Of a stretch of 64,000 nucleotides of DNA, positions 19,636 through 30,793 are shown in pieces. The number at the start of each line of letters is the position of its first letter. Position 1 is the stretch's first letter. The stretch covers positions 32,001 through 96,000 of the forward strand of contig CAWAIF010000002.1 in NCBI GenBank assembly GCA_963782055.1, given 5' to 3'. A program made the translations under genes and the position numbers. The DNA is from an uncultured delta proteobacterium. GTDB lineage: Bacteria > Myxococcota_A > Polyangia > Polyangiales > Polyangiaceae. The notes below the pieces were generated by a model, which saw nothing but the letters and a program-made list of their open reading frames with translations, had not been told where the DNA came from and did not search any database.

Positions 19636-20715
19636 ATGCGTCAGGGCGTTGTCGTGCTGCTCTCGTTGCCGCTGCTGGCGGCATGCGGGACGACAGGCGA
19701 CGACCCCGGCCACTGGGAGGGCACCCCCGCCGACGCCGGGTCGCTCGACGCGTACCTGGACTTCGACGGTGCGTACCCCACCGCGGATCCGGATCCCGAC
19801 GCGGGCACCGCGGGTAACCCCACCTTCGACGCCGGCGCGGGCGACGCGGGCGCCTTCACCTGCTCCGGCAAGACGCAGGGCTCGGGGAGCCGCACGCTGG
19901 TGATCACCTCCGGCGGCATCCCGCGCACGACCATCCTCCACGTGCCCGCCGGCTACGACCCGGCCGCCGGCACCATGCTGGTGCTCAACTTCCACGGCTT
20001 CACCAACAACGCGCTGGAGCAGGAGGTCATCTCCCGCATGGACAAGTCCAGCGACAGCCACGGCTACGTCGTGGGCTACCCCGAGGGCGTCGCCACGAGC
20101 TGGAACGCCGGCGACTGCTGCGGCACCGCGTGGGTGGACGCGGTGGACGACGTGCAGTTCGTCCGGGACCTGCTGGCCCGGCTGGAGAGCGACTACTGCA
20201 TCGACCCGCGCCGGGTCTACGCCACGGGCTACTCCAACGGAGGCTTCCTCGCCTACCGCCTCGCGTGCGAGATGGCCGACACCTTCGCCGCCATCGCGCC
20301 GGTGGCCGGGCAGCTCGGGATCCCGCCGGAGCAGTGCAAGCCCTCGCGGCCGGTGCCGGTGCTGGAGTTCCACGGCTCCTCCGACCCGATCGTCCCGTAC
20401 ACCGGCGGCACCCCGATCATCCCGGTGAACATCGGGCCGGTGCTGGCGTTCCGCTCGGTGCAGGAGAGCCTGCAGTTCTGGATCGACCACAACGGCTGCC
20501 TCTCCGGCCCGACGACGATCTACCAGCACGGAGACGCCACCTGCACGGCGTGGGGTACGTGCAAGGGGCAGGGCGACGTCGTGCACTGCAAGATCGACCA
20601 GGGCGGGCACACCTGGCCGGGCGGGGTGCCGGTGCCGCTCGTCGGCAAGACGAGCACCGACATCAGCGCGACCGAGACGATGGTCCAGTTCTTCGACGCT
20701 CACCCCATGCCCTGA
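19636..20715 (+). CDS. PHB depolymerase/LpqC-like alpha/beta-hydrolase lipoprotein
   Basis: Lipobox LLAAC; LNFHG, WNAG.CC, DDVQF, GYSNGG nucleophile, HGSSD, GHTWPG. Confidence 0.88.
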   Translation: MRQGVVVLLSLPLLAACGTTGDDPGHWEGTPADAGSLDAYLDFDGAYPTADPDPDAGTAGNPTFDAGAGDAGAFTCSGKTQGSGSRTLVITSGGIPRTTILHVPAGYDPAAGTMLVLNFHGFTNNALEQEVISRMDKSSDSHGYVVGYPEGVATSWNAGDCCGTAWVDAVDDVQFVRDLLARLESDYCIDPRRVYATGYSNGGFLAYRLACEMADTFAAIAPVAGQLGIPPEQCKPSRPVPVLEFHGSSDPIVPYTGGTPIIPVNIGPVLAFRSVQESLQFWIDHNGCLSGPTTIYQHGDATCTAWGTCKGQGDVVHCKIDQGGHTWPGGVPVPLVGKTSTDISATETMVQFFDAHPMP

Positions 20716-20736
20716 CGTGACGGGGCGACGACGGGC

Positions 20737-22725
20737 TCACGGGGCCACGCGATCGATCCGGAGGCTGAGGAGGAAGCTGCGGCCGGGGAGCGGATAGAAG
20801 TACACGTCGCCGATGGGGTACCGCGTCCTCGTGTCATCGAAGGTGTTGGCGTAGTCGGCAGCGCGCACGTCGAAGAGGTTGCGCACGTCCAGGGCGAGGC
20901 GGACCCCGCGCACGCCGGGTACGTCCAGCCTCACGCCCGCGGACTGGAGCACGCGCGGGGGCACCTCGATGGTGCCGGCCTGGTCGAAGTGGGTGCCGAA
21001 GAGGCCGTCCAGCCCGTAGCGCACGGTGAGCGGACCGAGCGTGTAGCTCACGTCGGCGACCACGTCGTGCGCGGGGCGCCCGGGGAGCGGGGGGCAGGCG
21101 CCGGAGTAGCAGGCGCCGTCGTTCTGGGTGAAGAGACCCGTGTAGGCACCGCGCAGGCGCAGGCCGCGAAATCGCGCGGCCACGTCGAGCTCCGCGCCGG
21201 CGAGGGTCGCCTGCGAGATGTTCTCCGCCTTGAGCAGGCGCTCGGCGCCGACGGGCACGAAGAGGATGAGGTCGTCGGCGCGCGTGGCGAAGCCGTCGAT
21301 CTCGGCGCCGAGCGTGAAGGCGCCCCAGCGCTCGTGGAAGCGGACGCCGGCGTCGCCGGTGACGGCCGACTCCGGCTTCAGGTCGGGCGTCGCGACGAAG
21401 CCTCCCGGCGTGCCGAAGCGCTCGACGAAGTTGGCCGGGCGCGCGGTCACGCCGCCGTGCGCGGCGAACGTCCACGGCCCGCGCGAGACCTCCACGCCCG
21501 CGTGCCCGGTGGGCCGCACGTCGCCCTGCGGGGCCGGCGTCGCAGCGCTCCCGTCCACCCACGCGTCCACCCGGCCGCTCGCCGCGAGCTCCACGTGACG
21601 CCACGGCCGCCACGAGAGGTCCGCGCCGGCGCCGCCCGCGACGCGTGTCGCCGGGATGGGGAGGGTGGGGCCGATGTACGCTCCGGGCGCGTAGCGCTCG
21701 CCCCGCGCGTCGAGGCGCACCGACGCGCGCAGCGGGCCGAAGACGCGACGCCAGCCGAAGGCGCCGCCTGCCTGCGTGATGGTCGTCTTCTCGAGCGACG
21801 CGCCGAAGCCGGGCAGCGGGTCGCCGTCGCGAAAGTCGGCGCCCTGACGCAGCCCCCAGATCTGGACGGAGAAGACTCCCGGCGCGTACGGCAGTGTCGC
21901 GGCGGCGGTGGCGAGCTCGCGATCGGTGCGGAGCCGCTGGGAGGGCGTCGGCGCGAAGATGGTGCCCGGCAGCCCCTGCTCGCGCGCCTGCAGCAGCGTG
22001 GTCACGTGCAGGTAGCCGGTGCGGTCGCGCCCCAGCTTCATCGGGACGCTGGCCGACGCCAGGCCGCTCGCCTCGGCGAAGCCCGCGTTGAGGCGCACGC
22101 GCGTCGCGCCGGGCACCAGCGGGTCGATGTAGGTGAAGTCGTCGTCGGCACGCGCGGCGCTCAGACCGGTCGCCAGACGCACGCCCCCGCCGAGATCACG
22201 CACGTCGCCGGCGCGCAGCCGCATCGCGCCGAAGGAGCCGGCGGCGGACCACGTCTCGGTGCGCGCGGGCCCGGAGGCGGACGGCGGGTCGAGCTGCAGG
22301 GTGCCGCCGAGCGAGCCCGGACCGAGCGTGGCGGGCGCGAAGGAGCGGTAGACGCGCGCGCGCGAGCCGGGCCAGAGGGGGAGCGTGGAGAGGTCCACGG
22401 TGGGATCGGAGCCACCGAGGAGCGGCACGCCCGCGAAGTAGAAGGCCACCTCGTTGGAGGAGGAGCCGCGGATGGAGAGCGTGGCGAAGCCGTCGTCGGC
22501 GCCGAGCCGGCGGACGTGCACGCCGGGCATGGGGTCGATCAGGCTGGCGGCGTCGGTGATCTCCCGGGGGGAGTCGTCCACGCCCGCGCTGGTGCTGAAG
22601 CCCCCCGACTGCGACCCGCGCACCAGCACGTCCTCGGGGACGTCGTCGTCGCCGGCCGCCGCCGCGCGCGCGGCGAGCGCCACGACCAGCAGGACGCAGA
22701 GGGGCAGTCCGCGAAGGCACCGCAT
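20737..22725 (-). CDS. TonB-dependent receptor (BtuB-like by inference)
   Basis: Signal peptide; plug PGVHVRRLG..ATLSIRGS; PDLKPE; DVRNLFD; PLPGRS near the C-terminus. Confidence 0.85.
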   Translation of the reverse strand: MRCLRGLPLCVLLVVALAARAAAAGDDDVPEDVLVRGSQSGGFSTSAGVDDSPREITDAASLIDPMPGVHVRRLGADDGFATLSIRGSSSNEVAFYFAGVPLLGGSDPTVDLSTLPLWPGSRARVYRSFAPATLGPGSLGGTLQLDPPSASGPARTETWSAAGSFGAMRLRAGDVRDLGGGVRLATGLSAARADDDFTYIDPLVPGATRVRLNAGFAEASGLASASVPMKLGRDRTGYLHVTTLLQAREQGLPGTIFAPTPSQRLRTDRELATAAATLPYAPGVFSVQIWGLRQGADFRDGDPLPGFGASLEKTTITQAGGAFGWRRVFGPLRASVRLDARGERYAPGAYIGPTLPIPATRVAGGAGADLSWRPWRHVELAASGRVDAWVDGSAATPAPQGDVRPTGHAGVEVSRGPWTFAAHGGVTARPANFVERFGTPGGFVATPDLKPESAVTGDAGVRFHERWGAFTLGAEIDGFATRADDLILFVPVGAERLLKAENISQATLAGAELDVAARFRGLRLRGAYTGLFTQNDGACYSGACPPLPGRPAHDVVADVSYTLGPLTVRYGLDGLFGTHFDQAGTIEVPPRVLQSAGVRLDVPGVRGVRLALDVRNLFDVRAADYANTFDDTRTRYPIGDVYFYPLPGRSFLLSLRIDRVAP

Positions 22726-22783
22726 CGGGGACTGGCGGTCTTGCCATACAACGCGGCGGCTGGCGAGGCGCTACGCTGGAGAG

Positions 22784-23509
22784 GTGACCCAGTCTTCGCG
22801 CCCCTCGGGCCGCCCGCCCGCGCTTCCCGCGGGAGCCTTGGACGTGACCATCCTGGACGCGGTGCTTCCCTCGGTGGACGCATCGACGCGCCACCGCCTT
22901 GCGGTGCACGCGGAGGTGGTGCGCGTGGCGTCCGGCTCCAACCTGGTGACCCAGGGCGCCTCGAGCGGGACACTCGCCGCCCTGCTGAGCGGCGCGGCGC
23001 GCACCACGTGCCGGACCGACGCGCGGCGCCCGGCGATCGTGCTCGACCTGCTTCGCGGGCCATGCCTCGTGGCGCGGGTGCCGGCGCGCGCGGAGGCGGT
23101 GTCGCCCTACTCCGTCACGGCCATGCGCCCGTGCGTCGCCGTGCGCATCCCCGACGCGACGCTGCGCGAGGCGGCGCACGCCGACGCATCCCTCGCCGAC
23201 GCCCTGGACGACGCGGCGGGTCAGGCGCTGCGCGCGATGGTCCGGCGCGTGGAGGACGTCGCCGTCGGCACGGTGGAGGAGCGCCTGGCCCGCGTGCTCG
23301 ACGACCTGGCCACCCGCTACGGCTCGCCGGTGGGTCAAGGTCGCTTCATCGGGCTGCCGCTGCGGCGTCGCGATCTGGCGGGCATGCTGGCGGTCACCCT
23401 CGAGACGGTCAGCAGGCTCCTCGCGCGCTACGAGCGCGAGGGGCTCGTCCGCACGGCCCGAGATGGAATATGGTGGTCAACGTGCCGCACAGAGAGGATC
23501 CCTCGATGA
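22784..23509 (+). CDS. Crp/Fnr family transcriptional regulator
   Basis: Degenerate cNMP-binding region; VEERLA; HTH LRRRDLAGMLAVTLETVSRLL. Confidence 0.82.
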   Translation: MTQSSRPSGRPPALPAGALDVTILDAVLPSVDASTRHRLAVHAEVVRVASGSNLVTQGASSGTLAALLSGAARTTCRTDARRPAIVLDLLRGPCLVARVPARAEAVSPYSVTAMRPCVAVRIPDATLREAAHADASLADALDDAAGQALRAMVRRVEDVAVGTVEERLARVLDDLATRYGSPVGQGRFIGLPLRRRDLAGMLAVTLETVSRLLARYEREGLVRTARDGIWWSTCRTERIPR

Positions 23510-24090
23510 GAAAGCTTCGTCCCTCCGTCGTTGCAGCAGCCCTCGCCCTCGCGGCCGCCGGCGTGTCCGGCACGGCCTTCGCGGGCGACGCCACGATCAA
23601 GACCCCCGGCGATCATCCCAACTACATCGTCGAGCTCGAGCCGCACGGCCTCCTCGGCTGGGGTGGCTTCTACGCCGCGGACCTCGGCTTCGGCGCCGGC
23701 TTCCGCGCGTCCATCAACCTCGTCAAGAACGGGTTCGTCCCGCAGATCAACAACAGCGTCGCGATCTCCTTCGGGCTGGACTTCGTCCACTACGGCGGGT
23801 GCTTCCGCAACATCTACTGCGACGCCGACTACCTCTTCTTCCCCGTCGCGCTGCAGTGGAACTTCTACGTCGCCAAGCGCTGGAGCGTCTTCGGCGAGCC
23901 AGGCCTCGCCATCTACCACGCGTTCTTCCCGACCGGTTACTGCCCGCCCGGCACCAACGGGTGTCCGGGGGACACGGGCATCACGCCGGTGTTTTACGTG
24001 GGCGGCCGCTTTCACTTCAACGAGCACGTCGCGCTCACCATGCGCGTGGGCTACCCGTCCATCTCGGTCGGCGTCTCCTTCCTCCTCTGA
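23506..24090 (+). CDS. Small outer-membrane beta-barrel-like protein
   Basis: Signal peptide (TAFA), alternating aromatic strands, C-terminal VGVSFLL; ATGA overlap with the Crp gene. Confidence 0.7.
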   Translation: MRKLRPSVVAAALALAAAGVSGTAFAGDATIKTPGDHPNYIVELEPHGLLGWGGFYAADLGFGAGFRASINLVKNGFVPQINNSVAISFGLDFVHYGGCFRNIYCDADYLFFPVALQWNFYVAKRWSVFGEPGLAIYHAFFPTGYCPPGTNGCPGDTGITPVFYVGGRFHFNEHVALTMRVGYPSISVGVSFLL

Positions 24091-24108
24091 AGGAGCGTCC
24101 CGGATCGC

Positions 24109-24172
24109 GCCCGCGTGGCGTGGGGGCTCCCACGAATTCACTTCATCGGGGCGGGGCGGCGCGTGCCGCCCC
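24109..24172. repeat. Dispersed copy of a REP-like two-hairpin element
   Basis: GCCCGCGTGG..hairpin..AATTCACTT..GGGGCGGCGCGTGCCGCCCC, matching the units at 27511-27702. Confidence 0.75.
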
Positions 24173-24577
24173 GGCGACGAGCCGCCGGTGGTCCACCATG
24201 ATGCACCGGTCCTGCACCACCTCGATCCCCGCCTCGCCCAGGCGGCGCGCCAGCTCCTGGTGGGTGATGCCCGACTGCAGCCACACGAAGCGCGGCCGCC
24301 TGGCGAGGATGTCGTCCAGGTGGGCCATCAGATCCTTCGGCCGGCGGAAGACGTTCACCATGTCCACCTCGCCGGGGATGCTCGCGAGCGTGCGGTATAC
24401 CGGGCGCCCGAGGATGGTGGTCACGTCGGGGTAGTAGACGGGCACCGGCACGACGTCGTAGCCCACCTCCACCAGGTACTCCGGGACGTAGAAGGCGGGT
24501 TGATCCGCCTGAGCCTCGGTCTTGATGCCCAGCACCGCGATGCGCCGGGTCCGCTCGAGCATCTCGCGCAGGTCCAT
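24143..24577 (-). CDS. CoA-binding domain protein (YccU-like)
   Basis: RIAVLG, PAFYVPEYL, VDMVNVFR, VWLQSGI, VVQDRCIMVDH. Confidence 0.88.
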   Translation of the reverse strand: MDLREMLERTRRIAVLGIKTEAQADQPAFYVPEYLVEVGYDVVPVPVYYPDVTTILGRPVYRTLASIPGEVDMVNVFRRPKDLMAHLDDILARRPRFVWLQSGITHQELARRLGEAGIEVVQDRCIMVDHRRLVAGAARAAPPR

Positions 24578-24650
24578 GGCGGGAGCGTAGGGCCACCGCG
24601 CGCGGCGCACACGTGCGCCGGATGCGCCCGCGTGCGATACGTAGCGTCCC

Positions 24651-25697
24651 ATGCTGGTGCTGGGCATCGAGTCCTCCTGCGACGAGACGGGCGCCGCGGT
24701 CGTCGCCGACGACGGGCGCGTGCTGTCCGACGTGGTGCACAGCCAGGTGGGCCTGCACGCGGAGTGGGGCGGCGTCGTGCCGGAGCTCGCCTCGAGGGAC
24801 CACGCGAAGAACGTGGTGCCGGTGGTGCGCGAGGCGCTCGCCGCGGCAGGCGTGGGCATCGCCGACGTGGACGGCGTGGCGGTGACCAGCCGGCCTGGCC
24901 TGGTGGGGGCGCTGCTGGTGGGCGTGCAGGTCGCGAAGGGCATGGCGTGGGGCGCCGGCAAGCCTCTCGTCGGCGTGGATCACCTGATGGGTCATCTGCT
25001 GGCGGTGTTCCTGCGCCGCGACGGCGAGGCGCCCGGGCCGCTGCCGGAGCTGCCCTTCGTCGCCCTGCTCGCCTCCGGCGGGCACACCGCCATCTACCGC
25101 GTCGACGGCGTCACGGCGGAGGCGGTGCGCGAGCTGGGCGCGACGCGCGACGACGCGGCGGGCGAGGCCTTCGACAAGGTCGCCAAGGTCCTCGGGCTGG
25201 GTTACCCGGGCGGGCCGGTGGTCGACGGCCTGGCGGCGAAGGGGCGCGCCGAAGCGGTGCGCCTCGCCGCGCCCATGGCGCACGATCGCAGCCTGGACTT
25301 CAGCTTCTCCGGCATCAAGACCGCGGTCGCCGCCCGCGTGCGCGAGGATCCGGGGCTCGAGGTGGCGGACGTGTGCGCGTCGTTCCAGCGCGCGGTCACC
25401 GGCGTGCTCGCGGCCAAGCTGATGCGCGCCGCCGAGACCGAGGGCGTGCGCGACGTGGTGCTGGGGGGCGGCGTGGCGGCGAACGGCGAGCTCCGGCGGC
25501 GAGTCACCGAGCTGGCGGCGGCCCGCGGGATGCGCGCCTTCCTCCCCGACCCGAGGAGCTGCACCGACAACGCCGCGATGATCGCTTACGCCGGCGCCCG
25601 GCGCCTCGAGCGCGGCGAGCGTGACGGCTGGGACCTGTGCGCCACCAGCCGCACCGCCCTCCCGCGCGTCACGCGCAAGGGTCGCGGTCGCCGCTGA
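24651..25697 (+). CDS. tsaD: tRNA N6-adenosine threonylcarbamoyltransferase
   Basis: LGIESSCDETG, GGVVPELASRDH, HLMGH, SGGHT, DDAAGEAFDKVAK, FSFSG.KT, CTDNAAMI. Confidence 0.96.
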   Translation: MLVLGIESSCDETGAAVVADDGRVLSDVVHSQVGLHAEWGGVVPELASRDHAKNVVPVVREALAAAGVGIADVDGVAVTSRPGLVGALLVGVQVAKGMAWGAGKPLVGVDHLMGHLLAVFLRRDGEAPGPLPELPFVALLASGGHTAIYRVDGVTAEAVRELGATRDDAAGEAFDKVAKVLGLGYPGGPVVDGLAAKGRAEAVRLAAPMAHDRSLDFSFSGIKTAVAARVREDPGLEVADVCASFQRAVTGVLAAKLMRAAETEGVRDVVLGGGVAANGELRRRVTELAAARGMRAFLPDPRSCTDNAAMIAYAGARRLERGERDGWDLCATSRTALPRVTRKGRGRR

Positions 25698-27353
25698 TCA
25701 CTTCTTGTGATGGGTGTGGTGGCGGGAGCGGTGGTGCGAGGGCGCGTGATGCGTCGTCGTCTTGCCGTGGCCGGAGCTCCTGGCGTGCTCGGCCGTCTTC
25801 GCGCGGCCGATGGGCGCCAGCAGGATCTCCAGGATGTCGTGGTGCGCGCGCACCAGGTAGCTCGGGACGCCGTCCTTGAAGGACACGTTGAGCACCGCGC
25901 CGCCGTGATCGTTGGTCACCTTGATCGACGCGATGCGCGCGTCGCGCGCGGCGAGCGGGCCGGCGGGCTCGAGAGAGCGGCGGCCGGGGACGGAGACGGC
26001 GAAGCCCGTGGGCAGGGTGGCGCCGTTGATCCTCTCGATCGGGCCGTCCATGTGGAGCTTGAGCACGTTGCCGTGATGGACGGTGCCGTACCCGAAGGGC
26101 GTCACGTGCACCGGCTTGCTGTGGTGATGATGCCGCTCCGGCGGCGGGTCGTCGAAGACGGGGGCGGCCACCGGCGGCGGCGGCGTCGCCGCGGCGAGCT
26201 GCGTGGGGAGCGGGGCCGCGGTCTCCACCGGCGGCGGCGCGACGGCGGCGGCAGCGTGGAGCGGAGCGGGCGCCACCGGCGGCGGCGCGGACGTGTGGTG
26301 CAGCGCGGCGAAGGCGAGCGTCGCGGCGAGCCCGGCGGCGGCTCCGGCGGCGATCTTGCGCCTGGTGTCCAGCTTCTTCCAGGAGAGCTTGGAGGCGGTC
26401 ACCGCGACCGGGCCGACCTCTCCGCGCACGACCTTGCGGCCGCTGGAGGTGAGCGCGCCGGCGGGCGGCGGCGCGGTTGTGCGGCGCACCGGCTCGGCCG
26501 CCGACGCCGCGCGCTTGCGCTTCGCCCAGAGGACGGCGGCGGTGACCTTCGCGCGGTTGGCGAAGGTGAGCAGCGCGGGGGTCACCTTGGCGGCGCCGCG
26601 GGCGATGGCGCCGCGCATGTCGAGCGGCGCCTGCTCCGCGGCGGCGGGGACCTCGACGTCATCCATGCCGCCGTCCATCACGCTGGGCTCCGGCGTGGAG
26701 TCGCGCGGGGCCTCGGCGTCCATGGCGTCCATCGTCATGGGGACCGACTCCTCCTCGTCGGCGTAGCGCAGGCCGACCACCAGGCGGGGGATCTTCGACT
26801 CCTGGTCGATCTCCACCTCGACGCGGTCGATGCGCGCGGGGCGCTTCGCGCCGGTCTCGGCGTCCTCCAGCTCCAGCTCCTTGCCGACCTGCAGGAAGCC
26901 GAGCTCGTTGCCGACGGTGAGCTTCTTCTGGGAGGCGTCCTTGATGCGCGCGCGCATCGGGAAGCCGAGGCCCTCGATGTGCAGCCGCACCTTGGAGCCG
27001 GGCGCCTGAGGGGCGATCTCGTTGCCCTTCACGCCGACGATGCGGCCGAGGGCGCGCTCGCTCTCCTGGTCCAGGTCGGTGAAGCGCAGGCCGAACTCGC
27101 CGCCTCGCCCCATCTCCTCCTGCCAGACCACCTCGCCCTGGGCGGTGATGGTGCCGTCGTGGCCGGCGTCGAAGCGGCAGGTGAGCGGCTGTCCGACCTC
27201 GGGCAGGTACGCAGTGCGCAGGTGCATGCCGTCGCCGGACACGTCGACCGCCTCCGCCTCGAACGGCGGTCCGAGGGTCGTCCCCACCTCCACCAACGCC
27301 TCAAACGGAATTCGCGTCGCGCCGGGGGCGCGTCGATCGCCTTCGCTGCTCAT
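25698..27353 (-). CDS. PilZ-domain membrane protein with C-terminal AMIN-like domain and His-rich tail
   Basis: RR..R and DVSGDG near the N-terminus, GEVVW, FGLRF; single TM; Pro-rich linker; beta-rich C-terminal domain. Confidence 0.72.
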   Translation of the reverse strand: MSSEGDRRAPGATRIPFEALVEVGTTLGPPFEAEAVDVSGDGMHLRTAYLPEVGQPLTCRFDAGHDGTITAQGEVVWQEEMGRGGEFGLRFTDLDQESERALGRIVGVKGNEIAPQAPGSKVRLHIEGLGFPMRARIKDASQKKLTVGNELGFLQVGKELELEDAETGAKRPARIDRVEVEIDQESKIPRLVVGLRYADEEESVPMTMDAMDAEAPRDSTPEPSVMDGGMDDVEVPAAAEQAPLDMRGAIARGAAKVTPALLTFANRAKVTAAVLWAKRKRAASAAEPVRRTTAPPPAGALTSSGRKVVRGEVGPVAVTASKLSWKKLDTRRKIAAGAAAGLAATLAFAALHHTSAPPPVAPAPLHAAAAVAPPPVETAAPLPTQLAAATPPPPVAAPVFDDPPPERHHHHSKPVHVTPFGYGTVHHGNVLKLHMDGPIERINGATLPTGFAVSVPGRRSLEPAGPLAARDARIASIKVTNDHGGAVLNVSFKDGVPSYLVRAHHDILEILLAPIGRAKTAEHARSSGHGKTTTHHAPSHHRSRHHTHHKK

Positions 27354-27451
27354 GGGCTCCTCCGAGAGTCGGTTTGCGCGGACGCGAACCGTCTCGTTTG
27401 CGGATAAGAGGTTCGGCAAGGAGGGGCCAACTTTTCAGTGGCGGCGAGGGA

Positions 27452-27702
27452 TGGGCGGGGAGGCGCCGTGCCCGGCACGCCGCCACTCACGTGCCAGCAG
27501 TCACTGCCCCGACGCGTAGCGGAGGGCCCGCGTGGGGTGGGGCCCCGCCCAATTCACTTGGGCGGGGAGGGGCGGCGCGTGCCCGGCAGCCCGCCACTCC
27601 CGTGCCAGCAGCCACGCCCCGACGCGTAGCGGAGGGCCCGCGTGGGGTGGGGCCCCGCCCAATTCACTTGGGCGGGGAGGGGCGGCGCGTGCCGCCCCTC
27701 CC
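27452..27702. repeat. 110-bp tandem repeat (~2.3 units) of a REP-like element
   Basis: 27511-27583 is identical to 27621-27693; degenerate partial unit from 27452; 12-bp perfect inverted repeat at 27675-27702. Confidence 0.88.
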
Positions 27703-27703
27703 G

Positions 27704-29269
27704 TTAAAGCGGGATGTTGGTGTGCTTCTTCGGCGGGTTGTCGTCCCGCTTGTCCTTCAGCAGCTCGAGCGCGCCGTGCAAACGGGCTCGCAAGGTGCGC
27801 GGGTAGATGACCTCGTCCACGAAGCCGAGCTCCGCCGCCTTGTACGGGTTGGCGAACTTCTCGCGGTAGTCGGCGGCGAAGGCAGCGCGCGCGGCGGCCG
27901 GGTCCTTGGACGCCTCGATCTCCTTGCGGCGCACGATGTTCACCGCGCCGTCCGGGCCCATCACCGCGATCTCCGCCGTGGGGAAGGCGAGGTTGATGTC
28001 GGCGCGGATGTGCTTGCTCGCCATGACGTCATACGCGCCGCCGTAGGCCTTGCGCAGGATGACCGTCACCTTCGGCACGGTCGCCTCGGCGAAGGCGAAG
28101 AGCAGCTTGGCGCCGTGCTTGATGATGCCCCCGTACTCCTGGTCGGTGCCGGGGAGGAAGCCGGGGACGTCCACCAGGGTGACCAGCGGGATGTTGAAGC
28201 AGTCGCAGAAGCGGACGAAGCGCGCCGCCTTCATCGACGCGTCGATGTCCAGCACCCCGGCGAGCACCGCCGGCTGGTTGGCGACGATGCCCACCGCGCG
28301 CCCGCCGATGTGCGCGAAGCCGACGACGATGTTCGGCGCATAGTGCTCGGCGATCTCGAAGAGCACGCCGTCGTCCACGACCAGGGAGATGACGTCCTTC
28401 ACGTCGTACGGCTTGCTCGCGTCGAGGGGGACCGCCGTGTCCAGCTCCGGCACCTCGCGCGTGGGCGGGTCGCTCGTCGGGCGGACCGGCGCGTCCTCCT
28501 GGTTGTTGGACGGCAGGTACGCGAGCAGCGAGCGCACCTGGGCGATGCACGTCTTGTCGTCGGGCGACGTGAGGTGGCACACGCCGCTCTTGGAGGCGTG
28601 CGCCCCGGCGCCGCCCAGGTCCTCCTTCGTCACCTCCTCGTGCGTCACCGCCTTGATGACGTCGGGGCCGGTGATGAACATGTAGCTGGTGCCCTCCACC
28701 ATCAGGATGAAGTCGGTGATGGCGGGGGAGTAGACGGCGCCGCCCGCGCACGGGCCCATGACGGCGCTGATCTGCGGGATGACGCCGCTCGCCATCGTGT
28801 TGCGCAGGAAGATGTCAGCGTAGCCTGCGAGCGACTCGACGCCCTCCTGGATGCGCGCCCCGCCGGAGTCGTTGAGGCCGATGACCGGCGCGCCCACCTT
28901 CATGGCCATGTCCATCAGCTTGCAGATCTTCTGCGCGTAGGCGCCGGAGAGCGACCCGCCGAAGACGGTGAAGTCCTGGGCGAAGACGAACACCTTCCGG
29001 CCGTCGACGGTGCCGTAGCCGGTGACCACCCCGTCGCCGAGGATCTTCTGCTGCTCCATGCCGAACTCGGTGCAGCGGTGGGTCACGAAGCGACCGAGCT
29101 CGACGAGGGAGCCCGGGTCGAGGAGCAGGTCGATGCGCTCGCGCGCGGTGAGCTTGCCGGACTCGTGCTGCTTCTTGACGCGCGCCTCCCCGCCCCCCGC
29201 GAGGGCGCGGCGGTTCATCTCGTCGAGACGGACGATGGGCGGGGGCGGGGGCTTGGAAGGGGTGGTCAT
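27704..29269 (-). CDS. pccB: Acyl-CoA (propionyl-CoA) carboxylase beta subunit
   Basis: [64 protein letters not shown]. Confidence 0.92.
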   Translation of the reverse strand: MTTPSKPPPPPIVRLDEMNRRALAGGGEARVKKQHESGKLTARERIDLLLDPGSLVELGRFVTHRCTEFGMEQQKILGDGVVTGYGTVDGRKVFVFAQDFTVFGGSLSGAYAQKICKLMDMAMKVGAPVIGLNDSGGARIQEGVESLAGYADIFLRNTMASGVIPQISAVMGPCAGGAVYSPAITDFILMVEGTSYMFITGPDVIKAVTHEEVTKEDLGGAGAHASKSGVCHLTSPDDKTCIAQVRSLLAYLPSNNQEDAPVRPTSDPPTREVPELDTAVPLDASKPYDVKDVISLVVDDGVLFEIAEHYAPNIVVGFAHIGGRAVGIVANQPAVLAGVLDIDASMKAARFVRFCDCFNIPLVTLVDVPGFLPGTDQEYGGIIKHGAKLLFAFAEATVPKVTVILRKAYGGAYDVMASKHIRADINLAFPTAEIAVMGPDGAVNIVRRKEIEASKDPAAARAAFAADYREKFANPYKAAELGFVDEVIYPRTLRARLHGALELLKDKRDDNPPKKHTNIPL

Positions 29270-29330
29270 GGTGGGGGATCCAACCTCGGGTGGCGGCTCC
29301 GCACCCGGGGCTCTATCCTCAGGATCCCGG

Positions 29331-30791
<1,461 letters not shown>

Positions 30792-30793
30792 CG

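Noticed and set aside
22726..22783. Cobalamin riboswitch upstream of the TonB receptor
   Set aside because: The intergenic region is only 58 bp and lacks a recognisable B12 box
27452..27702. Tandem repeat as a CRISPR array
   Set aside because: The 73-bp identical core is too long, the intervening segments resemble each other rather than being unique spacers, and no cas genes are present
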